Source: Anthoceros angustus (Eukaryota; Plantae; Anthocerotophyta). From it: a stretch of 64,000 bases of DNA. The number at the start of each line of letters is the position of its first letter. The stretch's first letter is position 1. Below the pieces are notes generated by a model. The model was not told the DNA's origin. It was given only the letters and a program-made list of their open reading frames with translations, and ran no database searches. Shown here in pieces: positions 1-10,663 of this stretch. Both the position numbers and the translations under genes were made by a program. The stretch lies in assembly GCA_010909165.1 (NCBI GenBank), contig MU008160.1, positions 1-64,000 on the forward strand, in the 5' to 3' direction.

Positions 1-75
1 CTCCGCCTTGACGAATCGCCGTTCGCTCGCGCCGCTCGGTTTCATCCCGATAGAACTTCGCTCCCGTCGCCTGCC

Positions 76-346
76 ATGTTCAAGCTGTCTGTCGTCCTGT
101 CGCTTCTGGTCCTGCTCCCGACGGTCGCCGGCTGCGGATCTCCGGAACGCGAGATCGTCACGCCGGAGCCGCTGACTCCTCTGACGCGCCGAGTGGCATG
201 CGATGGAGGATTGAACCTGAAGTACGACCCCTGTCGTTCGAGCGGATGCAACTCGGCGATCCTCGCTCCGCACCGACGCCGCCTGGAACAGGTTCTTCCG
301 GGAGGTGGTGATCCCGGAGCAGAAGCAAGATTTTCCCAACGGCTAA
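76..346 (+). CDS. Small predicted lipoprotein, Planctomycete-type (frameshifted in this sequence)
   Basis: Signal peptide with lipobox-like VAG-C (MFKLSVVLSLLVLLPTVAGCGSP). Manual frame repair gives ...LKYDP..FERMQLGDPRLRTDAAWNRFFREVVIPEQKQDFPNG, TAA at 344-346. Confidence 0.6.
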
Positions 347-422
347 CCGCGATCCGCCGAAGCTCGCCTGTCGATCGCTTACGATAAAACCGGATCCTGC
401 CCTTAAGAGAAGGCGAAAGCCC

Positions 423-2044
423 ATGTTTCGATCGATCCTGGCGTCGGCGCTCGTCGCCGGCGCGAGTCTCGCGCTGGCCGTGTCGCCGGCAAGCGCTCAC
501 TTCGTCTGGATGAAGCGGTCGCCCGCAGGCGATGCGACGAAGGTGGAGATCTTCTTCGGCGAAGAGGCTTCGCCCGACGATCAAGCTGCTCTCGCGACTG
601 GAAGGTACGGAGGTCTGGTGGACGCCTGCCTCCGGGACGCGCGAGCAGGTCCCCGTGAAGCAGGAAGAGGCCGCCCTCGTCGGCACGGAAGGGCAAGGTC
701 GGCGCCTTCACGGCGACGAAGGTCTACGGCGTCCTCGAACGGGGCGAGACCTATCGCCTGATCTATCACGCTCAGACGTGGCCGGCGCTCGAAAGCGGCG
801 CGAAGATCGAGTTCCCTCGCGCGCGCCCCGAACTGCTGCTGCACGCCGATCGTTTGGAATCGGGCAAGCTGCGGCTCGTCGCGCTCTACCAGGGCAAGGC
901 CGTCTCGGCGCCGAGGTCAGCGCCTTTCTGCCCGGGACCGGACCGAAGAACGCTCTGACCGACGAAAGGGAACGGCAGAGTTCGACCTCGATACGGCGGG
1001 AACGTGCGAGTTCCGCGTGCGTCACATCGTCGAAGAGGCCGGAGAACTGGAGGGCAAGGCCTATCCGGCTACCCGGCATTACGCGACGCTCGTGCTCGAG
1101 ACCGCGGGCAAGGGCGACGCGAACGCCGCGGCGCCTGCCGTAGAACTCCGAATCTGCCGGAATCGGTGACGAGCTTCGGCGCCGCGACGGCGGGCGACTA
1201 CGTCTACGTCTACGGCGGCAACCGGGCCGCGTCGCATACGTACTTCGTCGAGGGGCAGGACAACGTTCTCCGCCGCACGAAGCTCGCAGGCGGCGGCAAG
1301 TGGGAAGATCTTGCCGAGGGTCCGCGTCTGCAGGGTCTGGCGCTCGTGTCGCACGACGGCAAGCTCTATCGCCTGGGCGGCTTCAACGCCGCGAACGCCA
1401 AGGGCGAGGAGCACCAGCTCAACTCGCAAGCCTCCGTCGGGATGTACGATCCCGCGGTCGGCCAGTGGAAGGAGCTTCCCCGCTACCCGAACCGCGAAGC
1501 TCCTTCGACGCCGTTCTGAACGACGCCATCTACGTCGTCGGAGGGTGGAACATGCAGCACGGTCAGGAGAGCCTGGCACTCGACCGCCTGGAAGCTCGAC
1601 CTGACGAAGGGCGAGAATGAACTGAAATGGGAGAAGATCGCGGACGCGCGTTCCAGCGCGCGCTCGCGGTCGCCGCGCATGCGGGCAAGCTCTACGCCAT
1701 CGGCGGCATGACGCCGAGAGCGACACGATCCCGGGCGTCGACGTCTACGACCCGGCGACGAACGAATGGAAGCCCGGCCCGGCGCTCGCGTCGGATGAAC
1801 GGATGGCCGGGTTCGGTTGCTCCGCGTTCGAGATCGGCGGCAAGCTCTACGTCACCACCGCGGACGGCACGCTGCAGCGCCTGGCCGATTCGCGCGACGC
1901 GTGGGAGGTCGTCAAGCAGCTCGACAACGCCCGCTTCTTCCACCGCATGGTTCCGTACGACGACAGCCGCTTCATCATGATCGGCGGGTCGAATATGGAG
2001 TTCGGCTGGAAGTTCAAGAGGTCGACGTGATCTCGGTGAAGTAG
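423..2044 (+). CDS. Secreted Kelch-repeat beta-propeller protein with an N-terminal DUF4198-like domain (several frameshifts)
   Basis: Signal peptide ending ASA-HFVW. Kelch blades across the ORF pieces: DYVYVYGG, GKLYRLGGF, DAIYVVGGW, GKLYAIGGM, GKLYVTT, RFIMIGGS. Ends QEVDVISVK* at 2044. Confidence 0.8.
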
Positions 2045-2072
2045 CTCGCGGTCGTCGATCTCTGGTCGACCA

Positions 2073-2796
2073 TCAATAAGTTTCAGGCGAGCGGGGGCGG
2101 AGCCCCGTGTTCGTTTCAGGGGCGTCGGTCGCTCCAGGAGCACGGAGGGCTGACACCCTCCTCTCGCCAGCGGATTCGCTCGCGTATCGTCGCCCGCGTG
2201 CGTACGCGACGCGGGCGAAGAACGATCCGACGTAACCGAACATCAGCGCCCAGCCGAAGTGGGCAACGGCGAGGAACTGCCCTCCTCGGGATTCTGAACC
2301 CGCGAACGCCACGTCCGCGGAACGGCGGGCGAAGGGATCGAAGACGCGCCCGCGGGTCGTACATCGTTCCGGCGGCGTCGCGCGTGATGGTCATCGCTTC
2401 GTCGGTATCCGTTTGCACCCACTGTTCGACCGCCAGGACGTTGTGGAGCGGCTCGACAACTTCGGTCGTAGGAAGCGACGCGGTCCGGAAGTTCAATTCG
2501 TCGTGCTGCACTGGCGTCGTACGGCATCAGCCGAAATCCGAGCGAATCGGTCTCCTGACGCACGCCGGAGGCGACGAACAGCGCTCCGTACAGGCCTGCT
2601 GCGATCGCGAATCCGCCGCAGCGCGGCAGGTCCCCGGTCGAAGATCGCCGCGAGCAGGGCGTAAAGGAACAGCAGCCCTACCAAGAGTCCGAGCAGCGTC
2701 GTCAAAATCTCGCCGGCGAATCGGCGCGGCGAGCAGCCCGCAGAAGACTATGGCGACGGCGAAGGCTTCGCCGAGCGAAATTCTGGGTAGCGGCAT
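2073..2796 (-). CDS. Hypothetical multi-pass membrane protein (frameshifted; the true 3' end may be nearer 2140-2170)
   Basis: Joining minus-strand ORF pieces gives MPLPRISLGEAFAVAIVFCGLLAA / TTLLGLLVGLLFLYALLAAIFDRG / ... / QFLAVAHFGWALMFGYVGSFFARVAY, i.e. three hydrophobic segments. Confidence 0.55.
2086..2168. repeat. Imperfect inverted repeat (REP/REPIN-like) between convergent genes
   Basis: ggcgagcgggggcggagccccgtg (from 2086) resembles the reverse complement of cacggagggctgacaccctcctctcgcc (to 2168). Each arm is itself a small hairpin. Confidence 0.5.
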
Positions 2797-3102
2797 TCTC
2801 GATAGCTCCGGCGAATTAGTCGGGGAGTTTTCACCTACCCGGAGACGAGAAGCGAAGCGTCGCCTGCTTCGACTCGCACGAACGGCAATCGCCGGCGTCT
2901 GGAACCTCGTTAACTTCAGGTAACGAGTTGAATTACGTCGCGGCTCTGCCTATTGTCGTTTTCTAGGGCTATTCCGATCGTGACGAGTCTGCGTGCGTTT
3001 TTCGCCGCATTCGAGAGAGTTTGACTCGACGCCGCCGGTCCCTCCGTTCATTCTGCGATTTATCCGCTCGTAATCCTTTCCTGTTCGCGAGCGCGCCCGC
3101 GC

Positions 3103-4686
3103 ATGGCGTAACCCGGTTCTTCTCGTCGTGGCGCTGGTCGCGACCGATGCGGCGGCCTCCGCTCGCGGCTCCGACTGGATCGTGCTGCCGAAGAACGTCA
3201 CGACGGAAGGCGACGTCGTCGCCGCGTCGTATCAGCTCAGCGGCGCGGCGATTACCGACGTGCAGCCCCCGCCTGCGCGAACACTCCGCCGACGTATCAG
3301 ATCGGCGTGGCGCGCGCGGGAAATCGATTCACGCTCATTCAGGGCGGGTCGACTACGCCTGCCGGCACGGCGACCGACATCAGCCGCGCGACGGAAAGAC
3401 AGTCGTCGGATACTTCTACACGCCTGTGCCGCATAGTTTTACTGGAACAGCGAAGATGGGCTCGTCGAGCTGACTTCGCCGGCGTCGGCGGTCACAATCG
3501 CACCTACGCCTGTTCGGCGGACGGTCGGGTGCTGGTGGGCGCGCGGTGAACGGCGATACCGACCGCCCGTTCCGTTACGAAGTCGGCAAGGGTTGGTTCG
3601 AGCTGCCGACCTTCGGCGGCGACAGCCTGGGCGCCGCTCGGGACGTCTCCGATAACGGCGAGGTCATCTGCGGCTATTGCCAGACCGCCCCGGCCAGCGT
3701 ACCGCCTTCGTCTGGACGAAGAAGACCGGATCGACTCTCTCCTGGGCGGAAGCCAGGCTTCGGCGACCACATCTCCGCCGACGGAAAGTTCGTCATCGGC
3801 GAGGCCGAGCTGACGAGCGAGAGCGTCGCCTACCGCTACGACGTCAGCCGGAAGCGCATCCAGCGTCTGCAGAATTTGAGCTCCGGCGGCGCGACCGACG
3901 CGACGCTGATCTCCAAGGACGGCGGGGTCGTCGCCGGAACTTCGACCGACCAGTTCGGAAACACGCATGCCTTCCGCTGGACCGCTAAGAACGGCACGAA
4001 GGACATCGGCTCGCTCGGTCTGTCGACCCTTCCGAACAGCGATTCGTATCCGAAGTGCATGTCCGCGAAGGGCGATTACATCGGCGGCTGGGCGCAGAAC
4101 CCGGCCTACGTCGGCCTGGTCGACGAGCGCGAAGCGTTCATCTGGAGCACGAAGCACCCGATGATGTACGTCCACACGGCGCTCGAGGCGGCCTTCGACA
4201 CCGAGTATCCGCGGTGGCGCTTCACGAAGTGCAGGCGATGTCCCAGGACGGTCGCAAGCTGCTCATCGACGCCCGGAACCCGGAAGACCAGGACGTGCTG
4301 ATCTACGTCCAGCTTCCCGCCCCAAGGCGTTCGTCCGAGGCCGCACGAACGCGTACTACGCGAATCTCGCGACGTACGGAACTGCGGTCTACGGCTACTA
4401 CGCCTACGTCTGGGAACCGACGACGACGGCGTACAACGCTTATCTCTACGCGTACTACGCTTACCTGTACGACATCGAGGCGCGGAAGCACGTCTCCGAT
4501 TACTACAACAAGGAGAAAGTCGCCGATCGCTACCTCGCCGATCGACGGGCTTCGTACCAGGCGATCTACGCCGCTTACGTCAACGCGGCGTCGCGAGCGG
4601 GCAGCGGCGATCCCTTCGCCTACGAAACGGCGTATTACGCGTCGCTGGCGTACTCGTACATGCTGGCGGATCTGAAGTCCCTGTAG
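3103..4686 (+). CDS. Secreted HAF-family extracellular repeat protein 1 with Tyr-rich C-terminal domain (frameshifted)
   Basis: Repeats such as ATDISRDGKTVVGY, ARDVSDNGEVICGY, HISADGKFVIGE, ATLISKDGGVVAGTS..THAFRWT..GTKDIGSLG. The tail at ~4345-4686 has ~25 Tyr in ~112 aa and ends ADLKSL*. Confidence 0.8.
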
Positions 4687-4783
4687 GAACCGCGACTGCG
4701 TCGGCGTCGGGTCCCGGACCCGGCGTCGACGGCGACGGACGCGCTCGATTTCCGACAGCCTTCCGGTTCGTGGCGTGACGCCC

Positions 4784-6314
4784 ATGCTTCGCTTTCGCGC
4801 CTCGTCGCCTGCCTGCGCTCGCGATGGCCCTCGCTGCTTCGGCGGTTCGGGCCCAGACGATCACCTACTTGCCGAGCAACGTGCAGGTCGTGAACGGCTG
4901 CAATTCCAGGACGGCGCCTTCGCCGTCGGATCATACTTCAGCGGAACGCAGACGCGTGCGTTTCGCTGGTCGGAGGACGGGCCTGGAGGACGTCGGCGTC
5001 AGCGGCCTCTCCACGGTCGCCCTCTTCGCCGAGCCGGAACAGGGAGCCGTCGTCGGCTACGGCACGGTCGGGCCGAACATTCACGCCTTCTGGTGGCATC
5101 CCGAGCTGGGGATTCGCGACCTCGGAACCTTCGGCGGCTCCGACAGCACCGCCTACTGCGTCTCCGCCTTCGGAGAAGTCACCGTCGGCGAAGCTCACGA
5201 CGCGAACGATCAGAACCGCGCTTCCGCTTCGTCCGCGGCACGAACTCCGTGATCGAGGACCTCGGAACGCTCGGCGGCTTCACCAGCAGCGCCTACTTCG
5301 TTTCGCAGAACGGTTTCACCGTCGTCGGCGATTCGCAGGTGAAGAGCGGCAAGACCCACGCGTTCGTCTGGAACGAACTCGACGGCATGATCGACTGCGG
5401 AGCGTTCTCGGCGGCGAGAGCTTCTGCACGCGATGCTCCGAAGACGGAACCGCCGTGCTGGGACGCTCGCGCAGGGCGACGGCAGGTTCTACGCGTTCCG
5501 CTGGACCGAGGCGAAGGCTCCGCAGCCTCGGCACGCTCGGCGGCGCTCAAGCCGAATCGCAGTACGCCTCCGTCGACGGCGCCGTCGTCACGGGGACCGC
5601 ACACAACAAGGTCCAGCAGCGGCGGGCCTTCCGCTGGAGCGAAAGGTCGGCATGCGCGACCTCGGCACGCTCGGCGGCGCCTTTTCCTATCCGACGGGCA
5701 TCTCCGGCGACGGGCGCCTGATCGTGGGCGTCAGCGCCGACAAAGCCGGTCGCCGAACCGCCTTCGTCTCCGGCGGAAAGCAGATGCGGTCGATGAGCGC
5801 GGCGCTCGCCGACGTGATGGAACGAAGATATCGAAGGCGTCCGCTTCATCGAGCCCCGGCGCTCTCCGCGACGGCCGCACGCTGTACGTCGAGGTCGCGG
5901 CGAACGGCTTCCCGCAAACCGCGCAGTTGTCGATGCCGCCCCAGCAGCCGATTCTCGGCGAACGACCGATCGGCGCGATGGCGAGCAACGTTTCCAACCT
6001 GGCCTACCCGTTCGCCGTCAGCGCCTACCAGGCGGACCTCGGCAACACGTATGCCTACTTGGCGTACGTCTACGCGTCCTGGGCGTACGACTACGACCAA
6101 CGAGCCCGCGCGACGACTTACGAGTGGTGGGAAAGAAAGCGCCGAGAAGCAGTACCGGCAATGGCGGAACGTCATGCAGTACTACTTCTATTACGCGGCC
6201 TACTACTCGTACATCGATTTCAACTACGTCAGCGGCAACCCGTACTCGTACTACGCGTCGGTCTACTGCTACTACGCCCATCAGTACGGGCTGCGGGACC
6301 TGGGGCAGAAGTGA
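4784..6314 (+). CDS. Secreted HAF-family extracellular repeat protein 2 with Tyr-rich C-terminal domain (frameshifted)
   Basis: Signal peptide ...AASAVRA-Q. Canonical HAF units: HAFWW..GIRDLGTFGG, IEDLGTLGG, THAFVW, MRDLGTLGGAFSYPTGISGDGRLIVG. The tail at ~5980-6314 has ~25 Tyr in ~110 aa and ends LRDLGQK*. Confidence 0.85.
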
Positions 6315-6334
6315 TCGCTGGCGACAGCCGCTTC

Positions 6335-6404
6335 GTAGGGCAGGCGCCTCGCCTGTCATCGCCGCGGTCTAAGACTTCGCGGCAGGCGAGGCCGCCTGCC
6401 CTAC
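6335..6404. repeat. GTAG-type REP doublet (REPIN), probable bidirectional terminator
   Basis: GTAGGGCAGGCGCCTCGCCTG ... CAGGCGAGGCCGCCTGCCCTAC: inverted arms beginning GTAG and ending CTAC, lying between convergent genes. Confidence 0.7.
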
Positions 6405-6437
6405 AAGAGCGCGCCGCTGGCCGGCAGGCCCCAGATC

Positions 6438-6845
6438 TCAGGGTGCGACAGCTCCAGGCTGTTGCCTGCGGGGTCGCGGAAATAGACCGATCTGCCCCGG
6501 TCGCCCCACTGGTACTCGCTTTCGATCGCGACGCCTGCCGCGATCAGCTTCGCTTTCCACGCTCCCAGCGTCGCCCGATCGACGGCGAAGCAGACGTGCC
6601 CGCCGCGTTCCGTGCGAGGGAATCGGGCCGTAGGGCTTTTCCGTCTCTTCGGCGCGGAACAGCAGCAGCATTCCGTCGCCGCAGCGAAAGAAGACGTTGC
6701 GTCCCGCGATCTCCGAATGAAACGCGAGCCCCAGCACGTCCCGATAGAACGCCTTCGCCTGTTCCAGATCTTCGACGTAGAGCGCCGTCTCCAGCACGCG
6801 GCGGATCGTCGGCGTGGCGCTGGACTTCGTCTCGTCGGCGCTCAT
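6438..6845 (-). CDS. VOC/glyoxalase/bleomycin-resistance family protein
   Basis: VLETALYVEDLEQAKAFYRDVLGL..FFRCG..MLLLF. After frameshift repair: GHVCFAV..., SVYFRDPAGNSLEL. Confidence 0.85.
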   Translation of the reverse strand: MSADETKSSATPTIRRVLETALYVEDLEQAKAFYRDVLGLAFHSEIAGRNVFFRCGDGMLLLFRAEETEKPYGPIPSHGTRRARLLRRRSGDAGSVESEADRGRRRDRKRVPVGRPGQIGLFPRPRRQQPGAVAP

Positions 6846-6866
6846 GGCGTCAGTCTCCAGGCATTC

Positions 6867-7262
6867 TTATTCGTCAGGCAGGCTCTGAAAGCAGAGCTCG
6901 TACCCGTCAGGATCCTTCAGGTACGTCTGTCGCATGCCGTAGTGCGCCGTCGCCGGCTCGCTCGGTTCCAGACCCGCTTCGCGAAGCAGGCGGAACGCCG
7001 TGTCGGCGCGCGCAGACGAAATACAACGTCGCGTCGCCATGCGCGCGATGCGAGCCGCATCGGGGACCGGCGGACGCTCGTCCTCTTCGTACGCCGTGTT
7101 GAGCATCAGCGTCACGGAGCTTCCGACTCGACGCCCCGCCGACGAGCGTCGCCCAGTCGCAGCGATCCCCGGCTGCGACGTTCCGAGCACGGCGAACCCC
7201 AGCCGGTCGCGGTAGAACGCGATCGACGTCGGCATGTCGAAGACCTGCAGCAGCGGCGTCAA
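6867..7262 (-). CDS. VOC family protein, bleomycin-resistance-like (true start probably slightly upstream)
   Basis: TPLLQVFDMPTSIAFYRDRLGF ... LMLNTAYE ... HYGMRQTYLKDPDGYELCFQ. Confidence 0.85.
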   Translation of the reverse strand: MTPLLQVFDMPTSIAFYRDRLGFAVLGTSQPGIAATGRRSSAGRRVGSSVTLMLNTAYEEDERPPVPDAARIARMATRRCISSARADTAFRLLREAGLEPSEPATAHYGMRQTYLKDPDGYELCFQSLPDE

Positions 7263-7304
7263 CTGTCCGATGCAATCCCGGCCTCCGCGGCGTCTTGTCG
7301 CGCG

Positions 7305-7642
7305 TCACTTGTCCGACCACACGCCGAGGATGTTGCCCGACGGGTCGGCGAAGTGAAACCTCCGCCCGCCCGGGAAGGAGAAGATCTCCGCACGACGCGC
7401 CTCCCAGCGAGACGATCTTCTCGCATCGCCTCCAGTTCGTCCGTCCGCAGGATGACCAGCGTCGCTTCGCCGCGCGGACGTTCGTCCGTTTTGGCGAAGC
7501 CGCCCGTCAGACGCCCGTCGCGGAACTCGACGTAGGCGTCGCCGTAGTCCTTGAACGTCCAGCCGAAGGCGCTTCAGAACGCCTTCATCGCGGCGAGGTC
7601 TCCTGCCGGGAACTCGATGTAGTCGATCTGCGCGTTCGTCAT
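7305..7642 (-). CDS. VOC/glyoxalase family protein (frameshifted)
   Basis: MTNAQIDYIEFPAGDL..MKAF..AFGWTFKDYGDAYVEF.DGRLTGGF ... IFSFPGGRRFHFADPSGNILGVWS. Confidence 0.85.
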
Positions 7643-8700
7643 TTCGCGGAACCGTCGTAGAGGTCGTCCGCGTTCCCCTTCGCCAGGAGATACGCGAGCA
7701 GGTCGAGAACCTCTTCCGGCTGAGCGGGTCGAGGACGCCCTTGGGCATCAGCGAGACGGGGAGACCTGCTTCTGTTCGATCTCGTCCTTGCGAAGAACCT
7801 TCGGCGCGGGAGCGGGTTTTCCGTGACCTCGTAAGCCTCGGGCGTCTCCTTCACGACCAGGCCCGTCACGACGATGCCGCTGTCCATCACGAACGCGTAG
7901 GAGCGGTACTTCTCGTCGATCTTCTTCGAGGGCTCGAGGATGTGCTCGAGCAGTTCTTCGCTCTTGTAGGGCGGTTCGATCCTGGTCAGGTCGGGCCCGA
8001 TCGCGGTACCCTGCCCCTCCATGACGTGGCAGCCGACGCAACTGGCGACCTTGAACATGGCCTTGCCGTTGGCATGCGACCGCGGGGCGGAGATCTGCCT
8101 CGCGTCGTCGACCAGGTCGGCCAGCTTCCATTCCGTGCGGGGCGACGATCCTTCAGCAGATCCTCGCGGATCGGCAGTTCGTTCGCCAGATACGCTTCGG
8201 GATCGGCGAGGTACGCGTCCAGATCGGCGACCACGTACAGAGCGCCGTACATCCTGCGCCAGTGACCGGATAGGTGCAGACGTAGGGATAGACGCCCGGC
8301 TGCTTCGGCGCCTCCATCGCGATCCGCTGGCTCTGCCGCGTCTGCAGCAGGTCGCTGGCCAGGATCACCTTGTCGGAGGGCGGGACGTACTGGCGGCGCT
8401 TGATCGCGTCAGGGCTCTGCGCCGTCGACTCCGCGAGCAGGCCGACCTCTTCCAGGGCGCCGGGCTGCGTCACGACCAAGTTGTGCGGCATCAGATCGAC
8501 GTTTTCGAACAGGATCACGACCGGACGCCCGCCGCGACGGCGAGCAGTTCCTTGTCGTAGCTCATCCGCTCGGGCAGCGTCCCGATCCGCAGCACGCGGA
8601 CGCCCAGCTCTCCGCGGATCTTCCGCGCTCCGCCTCGGGAACCATGCCGGCAAGGTTATCAGCCAGTTCCATCTCGTCGGTATGCGCCTGCGCGTCAACT
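7639..8700 (-). CDS. C-terminal part of a large PVC-type protein: azurin/auracyanin-like cupredoxin domain plus heme-c cytochrome domain; 5' end cut at the junction
   Basis: Cupredoxin: FENVDLMPHNLVV...YPYVCTYPGHWRRMYG (His, Cys, His, Met ligands). Heme motif CVGCH, then IGPDLT...LEHILEPSKKIDEKY, typical of Planctomycete heme-binding domains. Confidence 0.85.
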
Positions 8701-8710
8701 CTTTTTGAAA
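8690..8710. other. Bacterial-to-plant junction
   Basis: Switch within a few bases from very GC-rich coding DNA (...gcgtcaac) to very AT-rich DNA (tctttttgaaaa...). It truncates a bacterial CDS. Confidence 0.9.
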
Positions 8711-9956
8711 AGGGTACAATATTTGTGAAAAATAATTTAATCAAATTTCAAAATTTATTAAAATACATAGGTATCTACATATATAGAACTAATGGATATG
8801 TATAGACCTCCCCTAAACAGGCCCTAATTTTTCACACAAACCCTAGTTTCCTTGTTTTCGGCATCTTAAACTCATAAATTTTTACATATTCAGCATTTTA
8901 AGTATAATAATTTCTGGATTTTTAATTTCTACTAATTTTAATTAATTAATGCCCAATCCTTTGCTCGTAGTCTACAAAGTAGGGTTTTAAAAGAATAGTT
9001 CATGTATCTTTGCGGATAAGGACGAAAGTCGAGCTAAGACAATGTACATTTATGATCCACCCAAAGTTTAGGTGGATTCTTTTCTTTAAGTTAACTCTAG
9101 AATGACGAGGGCTTTTCCATGTTTTTGCTCAAATATTAATTGTATTTTTGGAGGGCATGTTAATTTTTAATTTTTCTACTAATATTATAATTGAGCGATG
9201 TCATTGGCTTCAAAATGTACTCACAAATATGAGGCAGATAAGTGCCCGGTTCTAAGTAACCTACATGAACTCATCTATCGGAATCTCGAGGCATAGGTTG
9301 GATTTTGAGGTATTTATTTTAAAATTGTTTTTTAAAACATGATATCGAAGGACCATGTGATCGGAATATATGCTCAAGGTCTGTAAGTTCAAAATATAAG
9401 TGAACATAAATGTATGGAGGTGATATGTATCAAAGGCTCGTTTTGAGTAGATTAATATTCTGGATTAAAATGAAATATATTAACATATTTAATAAAATTA
9501 TTATTTCGTGGATCTCGTCTTGAGCCTTAATTGAGACGTTGTAGTTTCCTTTGTGGAGTCGTCAGGTCAATCAACTCTAACAGCTGTCATTGTTAGAGTC
9601 GATCGAGTAAGAAAGCTACCAGGTTCCGAAGAGAGCGCGATAGGGATCTTTTGTAGAAGATCCTCAAACGACGTACCCAATCCAAGAGGTGTGAACGGAC
9701 ACCACGAATCGTGAGAGAGAATGAAAGAAAGAAATTAGAATTACAGGAGCAGAAAGATGCTAACAAAACGGCCTGATGCTACTTATCAGCAGCTGCCCAG
9801 AGTGTGTGCGCAAGACATGACGGCAGCCAGCTGAAGCCTGCACTGTAGAGTGTAGAGGACATCTATTCCTATGACCTATCAATGTGGGTAGAGGATATCT
9901 ATGAGCATGACTTATCATCGTGGGTAGAGATATCATCTACATATTCCAAAGACTTA

Positions 9957-10663
9957 TCAATGTGGGTAGAAGGCCTCCTGCTTCTTCTCGAGGGCCTTTA
10001 CATGCTTGGCATTGATGCCAAACGTTTGTGACAAAACATCCACAGGAATGCCCGAGGTGAAGAGGGCAGGGGCGAAGTTGGAAGCCGGAGAGTACTGCGT
10101 GTTGAGAGCTGAGATGACCCAGGATGCACCATCTGCTAAATTCTTCATGAAGATCAAGGATCCCCTCGGGAACACGAACACTTCACCCTGCTTCAGAACA
10201 GTGCTGTAGAGCTTGTTGGCTTGGGACGGCACGAATCCCACCTCCAGCTCGCCTTCCACCAGGTAGATGATCTCAGTGGCCCTGGCGTGGTGGTGCGGCG
10301 GGTTGAGCCCACCCTTAGCGAAGTCGATCCTCTGCAAAGCGATGCCGAGGGTGTTCAGCCCAGGGAACACGTTCACGAATCCGCTGGTGACCACTGCTCC
10401 AAGAGGGTGCTTGCTGGTGTCGCCGGGTGTAACCAGGCCGGAGAACTTGAAGTCCTCGGCAGTCGTGTCGGCCACGGACTTGCAAGGGAATCCATTGATG
10501 TGGGGTTTGGATTGCTAGTGTCCTTGGCGACGCAGAAATCCTGCAACGGGTCGGCGTCGTTCGCCAGATGAAGCCCAGCGCAGACGCAAGGAACAAGAGC
10601 ACAGGCTGCCACCATCACCGTGACCTGCACCCCTGTTCCTGATTGCTTCGTGTGTGCCGCCAT
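9957..10663 (-). CDS. Germin-like protein (cupin), copy 1; intronless, frameshifted in the N-terminal part
   Basis: Signal peptide, DPLQDFCVA...NGFPCK, germin box 1 GGLNPPHHHARATE, box 2 GEVFVFPRGSLIFMKN. Confidence 0.95.

Noticed and set aside
4775-7102. 775-aa plus-strand ORF and other long Arg/Ala-rich ORFs in the bacterial part
   Set aside because: Mosaics of shifted frames and shadow ORFs typical of high-GC DNA. The real genes are listed in the features.
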